DNA of 63,789 nucleotides, filler included, from Platydemus manokwari (Eukaryota): NCBI GenBank assembly GCA_037951405.1. It is 6 parts of 6 records of this genome, joined end to end, with 100 filler letters (N's around TTAATTAATTAA, not from the genome) between each part and the next. Parts side by side here need not be neighbours in the genome. Positions count along the whole stretch, not along the records: positions 18,789 to 31,827 come from JBBMOY011869165.1; positions 31,928 to 43,979 come from JBBMOY010326669.1; 4 more parts are not named here. One strand, 5' to 3'. Shown piece by piece: positions 26,050 to 38,200 of this stretch (position 1 is its first letter; each line of letters starts with the position of its first letter). The notes under the pieces were generated by a model. It saw only the letters and a program-made list of their open reading frames with translations, ran no database searches and was not told where the DNA came from. The position numbers and the translations under genes were made by a program.

Positions 26050-28800
26050 ACGATAGAGTTACGAAATTTCAAATATTGCCTTTATCCTTCATTACATTGC
26101 ATAGCTTAATAGAATTCAATAAATCAAATAAATCAATACTTATCACAAAATCAATTCATCTGAAATATTTTTAACAATCAATAATTAATCTCAATAATCA
26201 ATTTTCCATTTTATCTTTCATTAAAATATCAAATATATAATCTTTAAAATCAAGATGTCCTCTATTAAATGTGATCAAGTAATTGACATTGCCTCATACA
26301 CTGTTAATAATATTTGCGTAATTAAAAGCATTTATAACTAAATTATTATCAACCAATAATCTTCGCATTCATCAAACAGATTTCTCAAATATTATATTTT
26401 TAAAATTCATCTCGAATATATAAACTCATAAATATATCTCATAGTTTTTGATGTGTTCGATTTGAATAATAACGGCAATATATTGATTTGATATGTCAAA
26501 TACAGTGATTTCATATTGATTAATAACAAATTGAGAGTAAAGGGCGCATTTGATAAATTATTTTATTCCATGAAATATTCTTTATTATATTTATACTGCA
26601 ATCTGTTAAACTATTTTGTCATCACCATTTTATTGTTTGAAATTATTCGTTGCGATAAATCCATTTCTAATTTATTAAATAAAATTTGATTTATTTTCTT
26701 AATTTTTTGTAACATTAACTCTCTTGAATTTCGACTTGAATAAATTTGTCGTACAATAATAATAAGCAATAGGGTGTTAATACATTGATCTCTGCTTCAC
26801 TTAGTCGATATTATATTTATGTATGTTTGTGTAAAAAATGTTGAGTTTAAATTCTGAAACATATGCCATTGAGGATAATTATTGAATGCTTCACGTAATT
26901 TAAGATATGTATCATAAGGAGTATCTTGATTGTTTGTTGTGATATCAAATTGTTATTTATTTGCTGGTTAAGTATGGTTATTTAATCTTCATTGATCTTG
27001 TTGGTCTCTCATTGTTTCGAGATTCAGTGCGATTAACTGATGCTCGATGATATTGTCAAAATCTCTTTCCTACACAATTGGACTTGGCTTTGATGAATTG
27101 GATTGATGAATCGAAGAATGATGGTTTCGGAATTAATAGTTCCTAAGTTTTTTGTGTCAAATTTGCAAAAAAATTTTACCTCATTTCTCGTTTAGCTCTA
27201 GTCAGAGCGTTAAATTCGGCGTGGTCGCCAGTAAAAAGATTACTAGTTTGCATAAATATTTTATTTTAATTAAAAATTACACCGTTTGTTGTTTAATATT
27301 AAAACAAATCTTATTTTTTATCTAACTCCTATACTCAGGCATCTTTGTTACATTTGTTTGATCTAACATTTCTAAATTATTTTTAAAATCATTTTTATTT
27401 GTAATTGCATTTTTAATTCCCAAAATAATATTTTATAAATTATCTGTAATCTCAATATTATTTCCATCTCCAGTTTATGTAATTTATTTTTATCATCTAG
27501 AGTTATGTAAAAAATATTTCAAATTTGAAAATCTTGGTTATTTATATCTATTATTTTTAAAGTTGGAAAAATTAAGGATGCAGGTAATGCTTTATGATTT
27601 GGTCTATATATTTTTGGTTCAATATACCCGGGTTTCGCGTCATTTTCTTTTATATATTTCATTAATTCAACATTTTTCCTCTACAGCTTTCAAATTTTTA
27701 TTTACAGTTTCAAACGCTAAATGTTGTTTTCTCTCAATAGATTTTAAATTTTAATTTCTTCCCTTAATTGCTAATTGGTGTTTTTAATTTACATATATAT
27801 ATATATATATAGATAATCACTATTAAGTATAAATTATAGTTCATTAATTCTAATTATATTTTTGAAATTATCTAATGATTTGTCTTTTAGGTATTTAAAT
27901 ATGGTATTAATAAACTATATTTCTTTCAATTAAAAGCTTTAGAAGATAATATATTAATGGATGAAGAAATTAATAAAGCTAAAGATATTATAAAAGATGT
28001 ACGTGAAGAAATTTTAAAGATTAAGAATAATAATATAAAATTAGAAAATAAAATTCAACAAGAAGCAAAGAAGGAATATAAGAAAGAATTAAAAGAAAAC
28101 TATCGTGAGGAGTTATGGAAGCTCAAGTCGATACCATTGGTACGTAATAAAATAAAATTTATTTCATTTCATAAAATTAAAAAAAATTTATTTCATTGAA
28201 GGAACCTCGTTCAACTTCGTTCACATATATGTGTTTCTCTTTTCAAAATCATTAATTAATTTTGATAATTGTTTTTTATTATAATTTTTACATCCTTTCA
28301 TTTTATTTGTAATATCAACTATTATTTATGATGTTGTTCTCCTAATATTTAATCATAATCAACTTTATTATGTTGTAAATATGATTTTGATTTAATAAAA
28401 AATTGTTTTTTTTTATTATTTCATTTGGAACTTAATTTTTAAACATTCCTAATTCATTTCCTATAAATGGTCTCAATGTATTTCTCACATCATTTCATAT
28501 TTCATCAAAATATAAAATAAACTCTATAAATAATGAATCTGTATCACCAAAATGTATTTTATCTTTACATAATTTATCTTACACATCATAAACAAATTTT
28601 ATTGAAGCTTTTTTCTAATGAGATGCTGCTATTTGTGGAGTGAATATCTTTGCTCTTTCAAAGGTTAATTTAGATGTTATTTAATTGAAATTCTCTATCT
28701 GTTAAAACTATTCTTATATTCAATCAACTCCTTATAATCTACGGTGTAACTGTTTGCGGGATTCAGACATTTATAATAGAAAAATTATATTCATTGAAAA
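26050..28800. mobile_element. Decayed Polinton/virus-like island with a pPolB fragment and several intronless ORF relics
   Basis: Minus strand ~28660-28370 reads KIFTPQIAASH*KKASIKFVYDV*DKLCKDKIHFGDTDSLFIEF...RPFIGNELGMFKN*VPNEIIKKTIFIKSKSY: motif C (GDTDS at 28534-28551), LGxFKxE and KxY. Further disrupted ORFs lie at ~27253-26100 (-), ~27780-27550 (-) and 27957-28199 (+, coiled-coil-like). Confidence 0.75.
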
Positions 28801-29116
28801 TCCTTTGAAAATTTGAAATATTGATTCAGTAAATTCTACATTGATTTTCATGCATAGTAATTGCATTTTTATAGTTTTATTTTTATAGTATTTATATTTC
28901 TAATCGGCGAGCTTCTTCTTTTTTCACAAGCAAAAAACACGCTTCCCATTATATTTTGGATACCGCTTATAATAGGCAAAACACGGTAAGATGAGATATT
29001 TTTATTAGTTTTAATATTCTAAATGAATTTGAAAAATAAATTATTTGAGAAATCTGCTTGATAAATAATTTATATTTTACATAATTTCATATAAATCATA
29101 GTAAAGAGAAAACCTT

Positions 29117-29430
29117 TATAACATTATATTAATGAACTTTCATGCCAATTGTGATCCCAATTATAAAGGATTTTGCTTGAAAATATTGGCAAAGCATTTA
29201 TGAAATCAATCAATACACACAATTTTTTTACTTATGGAAAATCAGATAAAAGTTAAGCCCAAGTATTATAAGTTTGATAAATAGTTTGAATAATGTCGTT
29301 GAAAATAGTTCTGTGATCTTCAATTCTTTTCATACTATATGGATCTCTCATAAACTGTATTTATCAATTAATCTTACAATTGATTTCAATGAGTCTTGAT
29401 ATGAATGAATATTTTTACAAATAAAAATAC
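29117..29430. repeat. Inverted copy B of the peptide-gene upstream module
   Basis: The reverse complement aligns with 25612-25935. No peptide CDS follows it. Confidence 0.9.
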
Positions 29431-31047
29431 TATAAAAATATACTATTATATTTAAAATTATAATTTAAAATTATTATTAGTTAATTTGAAATTTCTTTTC
29501 AAAATTCACCGTTATAAATAAAATATATATTATCAAATCATCAAATAATAGTTGATGGCTAATATTATTATTGGTGTTATCTTTGATCTGAATATTTTTT
29601 AAAATATTTTATGAATTTCTTTCGTACGTGCTTTTGTAGAAAACGATTGGATGTAATATTCCAAGAAAAGTCAAGCCATTATTAAAGAGTAGAACACAAT
29701 CAGTAAAATTATATCTCAATCATTTTAATTCATATCGATCAGAGTGCTACTTTAACGATAGACTTTCAACTCGAGAATTTAAATATTGCATATTAATTTT
29801 GAATAACGTCTAAAAATTTATATTATATAAAAGTAGAATAAGCAAATTAATTAAAGCGTTATGTTTGTCAAATTGCACTGAAATAAAATCTAGAATTAGA
29901 TAAAAAACAGAAAACTAAAATTGATAAGGTAATTAAATAAAAATAAAACAATATATTTAAGAAGCAACTTGCACATATTGAATTCATGATCAGCACCTAT
30001 TAGTCACCATAATTAAAAATAAAAACAATAGATGTATAAACAAGTTATCGGTTACTGTGGCAAGTCTTGAAAATTAGTTTAAGTGGTTCTTTTGCAATCA
30101 AAAGTTGTTATGGCAGTTACAATTTACATCAACAGCCTCAAGATATCAGAAATAATAAATCTTTAAAGACCATGAATTGGAGATTTGACATTGCAAATTT
30201 ATTTTACTTTTTAATTTGATAATTTTATTGAAAGTTAAAAACAGAGAAAATGATAAAATTGATAATTAATAATTTATAAAAGGACAAGAATATATGAGCG
30301 GTTAGGATATTAGGAACATCATTCAAAAATAATTATCGATAAAGGTTTTGTTGATTTAAAGTCTATTATATTTATAATTTTAAATATTATAAATATCAAA
30401 GTTAAAATAAATTAATTTTATTAACCAAAATAAAATAAAAAGCAAATTATTATCTGTTATTTACTAAATATTGTAAAGCAAACATTATATTTAATAATTT
30501 TTTTAAAATCAAATGTAATTATTAAGTGAAAATCTTTTCAAAATCAAAATTAATATTAAAAAATAAATTTCAAAACATTAAAATCCAAATCATGAATTAT
30601 AATAAATAAATTATTTTTAATTATCAATTTTTTAAAATATTTTTACAATTCAATTTTAATATTAGATTTATTAGAAAATTATTTTAATCAAATATTGGTA
30701 TGATCTGTGTTAATTGAAAAAAATACAATATTAGATAAGACTAAATAAATGTTTAATGAAGAGTTCAAGACATTTTAAATAAAGAAGTTAGTTTAATTTC
30801 GAAAATTACCAATCGTTTATGAATGTTAAATAAGAATATTGAGTTGAAACGTTGGATTCGAATTTGTTTTAAAGCGTAACAGAATATATGATGACTTTGA
30901 AATTTATCTCACACAAGAACCAATGCACCCTTCATTGATATTGTTTTTATACAAAATTATAATTAGTAAACAATAATTTACACTTATTAATGGTTTCACT
31001 TATTATTTAAATAAGAAAAAACATCAAATGAAATTATTGAGATCATT

Positions 31048-31275
31048 TTATTTTGGTTTCGTACTACTTAAGCGACCATTATTTGGATTCGAACTGCTTA
31101 AGTGTCTACCCTTCGTATTGATGGAAGGTCTCAGAGTTTCTAGTCGACATACATTTTGTTCACCTTCATCATCATACCTGTTCGTCTCTGCTTCTTCGTT
31201 ACTGTTTTCTTCATCTCGTCGTGATACTTCATCTACACTTTGATATATCGCAAAAAATAATAAGCCAAATTTTAT
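31048..31275 (-). pseudogene. Paralogue of the 25204-25590 precursor with lost start codon: IKFGLLFFAIYQSVDEVSRRDEENSNEEAETNRYDDEGEQNVCRLETLRPSINTKGRHLSSSNPNNGRLSSTKPK*
   Basis: Collinear with the intact gene (RRDEENSNEEA vs RRDDENSNDEA; LRPSIN vs IRPSMN; SSSNPN; SSTKP vs SSMKP). The frame is open but begins ATA, with no upstream in-frame ATG before a TGA. The signal h-region is shortened and only about one repeat cassette is present. 5' and 3' flanks are also homologous. Confidence 0.85.
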
Positions 31276-31827
31276 TAATTGATTGCAGATGTAGTTTCAT
31301 TTTTAAGAATATTCATTCCATTTGGAACATATATGGTCATCAAGATGATTCGTTGAAATTCATTGTAAGATCAATTGATAAATGCGGCTTTTAAATGATC
31401 CATATAGTACAAAAAGAAATAAAAATATTAAAACTATTCTCAACATTATTATTCAAACCGTTTCGCAAACTTATAATATTAAAGAAAATAAAGAAAAAGA
31501 TAAAGATAATAAAGAAAAACAAATATTTAAATTGATTGATTTCATAAGTTCTTTACCAATAGTTTCAAGCAGGATCTTTTATAATTGCAATTATGATTGA
31601 CAGGAAAGTTCATTATTATAATGTTTTCTCTTTTATATGTTTGGTAATCAGTAGGCTAATAAAACATTATTGCTACGTGATACAATGTCAGATGTGGATA
31701 TTTTATTGGTTTATGAATATTTTTTTTTGTTTTCTTTATTTGATATACCTGGTTGAGTCAAAAGTTATTCATGTTTTTATGCAGGTATTTTATTAACACA
31801 AATTGTTATAACGCTGAACATATTATT

Positions 31828-31927
31828 NNNNNNNNNNNNNNNNNNNNNNNNNNNNNNNNNNNNNNNNNNNNTTAATTAATTAANNNNNNNNNNNNNNNNN
31901 NNNNNNNNNNNNNNNNNNNNNNNNNNN
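31828..31927. other. Assembly spacer
   Basis: 44N-TTAATTAATTAA-44N. Confidence 0.97.
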
Positions 31928-32209
31928 AATCAGAGTGCGTATTCATATTTTTTAAGATTTTAAGGAGTGACAGGAAGTATCATATTTCGAAATTATTACT
32001 TTTAAAATTAAGATTATAAATATAAATTAAACATTAAACTGCAATTAATATCTGCACCCGAGAAGGGTATAAATAGAAACTATATTATTGATATATGTAA
32101 TATTACATATATCAATTAATTAAAGATAAAACTTAAAGTATATTTCATACAAAAATGACTTCTTATTTTAATTTATTTTATGAATTTCTGGAATTTATAT
32201 TTGTAAAAG

Positions 32210-35200
32210 GTTCAAAGTCTTTTGACAACAGATGTTGAGATATCCAAATGGAATAGTCAGGGTTTACCACTTGATGAATTGAGCATACAAAATGCTATTT
32301 TGACAACGAAAGCATCGAAGTAAAAATTCTGTCGAAGTAATTATCTCACTTTATATGCAGATTTCCAATTTGTATCGATCCTCAAGAACAAGCTGTAAAA
32401 TGGATTAAGAAAATGGAGAAAAATTTGAGAGATGAATCGAAATCAATTAAAGTAAATATTAATTTTAATTTCTTCATCAAATTTAAGAAATTCTATGCAT
32501 TCTACTTGGTGAATTATTTTAGTTCATTTTATAAATCAATTATATTTAGAGGGGATTAAATTATTAATTCAAGACTCATGTTTTAATATTTCTCATAAAC
32601 TAGTTTGATTTTAAACATAACATGAAGAATGTGCTGGCATAAAACTGAAAATTCAATTGCCTTAAGTGGACACATTCAATTGATAAGTGTTAGAGTGAAA
32701 ATAACCATTGGTTCAAATCTACAAATTATGTCATTATGAAATGGTAAGTCACCAGTCTTATGCGACATAAATAAGTAGGTGGAAATTTGAATACAGTCTA
32801 TTAGTGTACTACCTGTTGGAATTGTCATTACTCTAATTAATCAAATCCTTGTATGTCGGATTTACTTCACAAATATATTTAAGAATTATACTATATTATA
32901 GAGTGAGATGAAATTCTGAAAAAGAAACAACGGATTTGCACATTGGAAGCCTTGTTTAAGCACTTTAAACATTTGCATGCCTACACAACCATACATGAAT
33001 AGCAACGAAGTTAGATGGTAACCGAAAATTGGAAAGGGGCATAACCATATGGTAACACACACATAGGGATTATACACAGATGTCGAATACAAATATCGTT
33101 GTAAAGATGGCCAACTGCCAGTTTATATTTTGAGAAGTATGTTGAGCGTATTTATTTAATAAGTTCTACTGAGTAGTACGCAGTTGAAAATAAAGTCAGC
33201 CTTCTGTTTTTGGAGACATTGATTAGTCAATTGTTCAGAAGTATCCCAACAATGTTAAATTAAAGACATTCATTTATTGAAATAATTAACACTTCAGAGT
33301 TCAAGATTTCATATAAAATTTAGTAATAAAATTTAAATGTTTTTCATTTATTTTTCATCAATTAAATTAATTAATCTACTTCCATATAATTATTTCAGAT
33401 TTCTAATTTCAATGATCCCGGGTTTTTGAGAACTCTTGAAAATAGTATCAAGTTTGGTGTACCATTTCTATTTGAAGATTGTGATGAAGGCATCGATCCT
33501 GTCATTGTTAATGTTCTATCCAAAAATACCATCAGTTATCATTAAATTAATTTTGTTTTCAATGATATTATTATTACTATTACTATTGTTATTCTAATAT
33601 TATGATTTTATTCTTCTGATACTATGATGTTATTATTATCTTCTTAGACACTAAAGGCCGTGAATTTGTTATGTTGGGTGATCGAGAAGTAGATTGGGAA
33701 CCTCCATTTAAATTATATATAACTACTAAATTAAGTAATCCAAAATTTTCACCTGGCTTTTATAGTAGTGCTAATGTAATAAATTACACCGTTACTTTGT
33801 CCGGATTGGAAGGGCAGTTGTTGTCGGCTCTTGTTAAAAATGAAAGACGTGAATTGGAAGAAAAGCGCGAAAGTTTAATCCAAGAAACTAGGTTTGATTT
33901 AATAATGATCGAGTTAAATAATTTTCATAATTAATAATTCATTTAAATAAAATTAATATTTTTATTTAGAGCAGCGTTCTTTATAAGAGTGTTGCGAGAA
34001 ATTTCATTTTCCTATATTGAGACTTATGTTAAGACAAAATATCGATCAAATTTTAAAGTCCTGGAATTAGTACAAAGACCAGCTATCACCGAAATAGAGC
34101 CAAGATTTGGTGTTTTATACCAGAATATGCAAAATCGCTGTTATTATTAAATATATTTTAATTTTTTGGTGCTAAAAAATTTACTTTTTTATTTTAGTCC
34201 CTAGGAGTCGCGAAAAAATTTTGACTCGTAAAGTGGGCAGCAACACAAAGTGTGAAGAGCACTGGTTCAGACCATATTTGTTTATGAAATATGATGTAAG
34301 AATAAATTTGTTTTAATTTTAAACTTTTCATTTACCAAATTTTAATTTTTTGTGTTTTGAATTTTTGATGCATACTTTATAGTAACACCTTACAAAGAGT
34401 AATTCGATATCCATAACAATCAAATATTCGATTTATTTATAATGCTGAATTTTCCTGAATTAGAGAACAACATTCTGAATCATTCCCAATGTTATGAAAT
34501 TTATTTTCTTTTTAAAATCGATGAAGATTAAATGATGATAAATTAAATAGTAAAACAATATAAAAACGATTTCCTTCTGATAAAAAAAAACACTGTAATT
34601 ACTATAAAACAACAAAAAGCGAATGTGTAATATATGATTATCAAAATTATTCGTCTTATTACCAAAGTTAATCTCAATGATATTACTTTCCAGCATCGAC
34701 TCATTTTCATGAGAAAATAAATTCACGTGGAAAAATGGTAATATTGGAAAGTAATGTCAATAATGAGTTTTTCACAATGTTATCCAATGCTTATTCAATA
34801 GCAATAATCGAGATCTTCATAGAACATACATAAATTAATTAGTCTGTAATAATTTTTACAGCGAATTTGTTTTTGGTTATTAGTGTTTATTTAGGTTAAT
34901 CAAATTGCATTATGATTAGTTCATCATTTATTATTTTATAATTATTATTAAATTTTTAAAAATAGGTTTAAGTGGTTCGATTCCGAAAATTGAAAGAAAA
35001 ATTCGTACAATTTTCTTTTATTAAATTTGAAATTTAAATAATTTATAACGTTATTTAATAATTAGAATTTTAATAATTAATTGAACTAATTGAAATATTT
35101 AATATTCAAATTGAAACGAGAAATGTAGACAAAAATTTCACTATACAAAAGTGAAAATAACCTACTCGATAATAATATATACTATAATGATATTTATAAT

Positions 35201-38200
35201 GATATACTATATTTGTTCATAGATTAGAAATCAACGAAGTCGAAAATTAAAATAAAAATGAAACACAATGACTGAATTCATTAATTCATTGCATTTATTA
35301 TTTCTAGAAAATTAGAAAAAATAAACTTCTAAACAACAAAACGTAGAATTTAACTTTCAACGATGATTGTATAGTAACAAATTGTAATGAGTAATATCCC
35401 TGAAAAATATTTATTGCAACTTTATAAACTCCTTTCACATCAATAGTTTTATTTCCCTGTATACGATTTTATTCTATTTCAGTTGACTGAAAAATTGTCA
35501 TAAAAATCAATTGACCGACGAATTTAATACATTTATTTCGAAATTTCTTGAGCTTTTCTTTTGTTTGACCAGCCAACAATCAATTGATTTTTGGTGGTTA
35601 AATAAATTCTGTACTCACAAATTTGAAGAAATACGATATATTAAAAATATTATTTATTTGATTTGATTTAATTATCTATCAACAACGTTAAAGTTTAATA
35701 AATCTTGGAAATATACAATCAATCATCAAACATTTGTTTGATATAATAATATTTCTAAATTCATCAAATAGAAATACAATATGAAACTAACAGTCATATT
35801 ATCAACAAAAAATTATAATTTTAAATTCATTTAAAATCAGATAGAAAATGTTTTTAATATATATATTCATTTTAAAAGTTAATAATGCAAATAACATTTT
35901 TTTAATAAATTCAGTGAAAATAAAAGAATACTAAAAGAATTGGAAGACAAACTTTTACTTGAATTAGCAACTCAGACAGGAAATATTCTCGATAATTGGG
36001 ATTTAATAAACACTCTCGAGGATACAAAATCTAAAGCTGTCGAAGTTGCCAAGCAATTATCACAATCCGTGATTGTTTCAACCGATATAGAACGTCAAAG
36101 AGATGGTTACAGACCAGCAGCTAAGCGGGGTGCTGTATTGTTTTTTGTTCTTACAAATCTATCAGTCATTAATACAATGTATCAATTTTCGCTTGGGTCG
36201 TATTTAATTGTATTTTTGAAAGCCATACGTAAGGCCATGCCTGATAGCTCACTGTCGAAAAGACTGAGCAACATTATTTCGACTTTAACATACCATGTCT
36301 ACTGTTACGGCTGTACTGGTGAGTTATGTTTTGGTTTTGAATAAAGTTATTTCAATTTAATAAATAATTATACTTGGTTTTTTTTTAATTTTTAGTATAG
36401 ATATTATTAAAATTTATAATGATAAGTCCTTAAATATTTACCACATTTTTAAGGAATTTTTGAGAAGCACAAACTGTTGTTGTCACTTCAACTGTCTATA
36501 AGACTAGAAGAAGACAAAGGTAATATTAAACATTACGAAATAGATTTCTTCATTAAAGGCAACGTAAACATTGGTCAGAAGTTACCGCCTAAACCATTCG
36601 AATGGCTACCAGATAATACATGGAAAGATTTAAACCAAATATCACGAGTTATAGTTAATTTTAATGATATTTTAGATCATGTAGAAGAAAATGAAGAAAC
36701 ATGGAAAACTGTAGATTTAATTGATGTCATTTTTATCATTTTTCATTTCTATATATAGTGGTTTATGCATCACAGTCCAGAATCGGCAATTCCGGAAAAC
36801 TATGAACAGTCAAATAGTAGCTTTAAGAAATTATGTTTGCTTCGTTGTTGGAGAATAGATCGCATACCAACGGCCATTACGGAGTTCGTCACTGCAGTTA
36901 TGGGAAAAGATTTTGTTAGTCCACCAATTACAACTTTCCATGCTGCATTTACATCATCAACTCCAACCGTACCGGTCGTTGTAATAATCAGTCCAGGAAG
37001 CGATCCACCCGCAGAAATTGTCAAATTAGCTAATTCAATTGATTTTGAGACTCACAAGATAAAATATCTGTCAATGGGTCAAGGGCAAGAGAAAGTTTAT
37101 TGTGATTTATTGTAAAGCTAGAAGTTAAGAAATTTGTAGAATGCTCTTGCATTATTCGATACTGCTGTTACTCGTGGTCAATGGTTAATGCTTCAAAATG
37201 CTCATCTTCTCATTCGTTTTATACCAATACTTGAAAAGAAACTCGATGAATTAGTTAAACCACATCCCGATTTTAGATTGTGGCTTACTACAGAACCCGT
37301 TTCCACATTTCCCATAGGAATTTTGCAAAAGTCATATAAGGTGCTATATTATATAGAATTACTTTATTATATTCTATTCTAGATTGTCATGGAGCCTCCA
37401 TCCGGAATAAAGCAAAATCTATTGGGAACCTATTCTAAAATACCCAACGATTCGTTTTTGGATTCTCCTCACCCAAAATACAGGCAATGTATATTTCCTT
37501 TGGCATTCCTTCATGCTATTTTACAAGAGCGTCGCAGATTTGGAAAGATTGGTTGGAATATCCCTTATGATTTTGCAGAATCTGATTTCCAGGTATCTCT
37601 CAAAATTCTTCAAACGTATTTGACAAAGGCCCACGAAAAGAAACAATCATCCATTCCTTGGAGTACTATCAAATATTTAATAGGAGAGGTTTAGTGCTTG
37701 ATGTTTATTGATTTAAATTTTTAGAATAATTAATTCTTTTATATTACATTATAATACAAATTATTACTAATATTGTTATATAATATTGTTATTTAATGTT
37801 GTTATCATTGTCACTATAATCACTACCTGAATACCAAGAAAAATGATATAAGGGCGACATGTGATTATCAAATACGTCTTTTTCTCACCAATTTTATTGC
37901 TATTTGAGGCAGAAATCAAACGAGATAAGCATTTTAATTCGTTAAAAAAATATCTATGTGATTCCCGATTGATAGCTAGTCAATTCAGTGTCCAATACGT
38001 AACAAGTCGATGTGATGATTTTTAATATCTGATGATTGAGGATAAATCTTCTTGACTTATATTGTACAAAATTAAAATTAAAATAATTCCCATAACGGTT
38101 TAAATCTCTTATGGAAAATTGTTTACTTCAGATGTTTATATTACACTTATTGATTTCTGAAAATGGAAAATTTTCATCTCTATAATTTGCAATTATCTGG

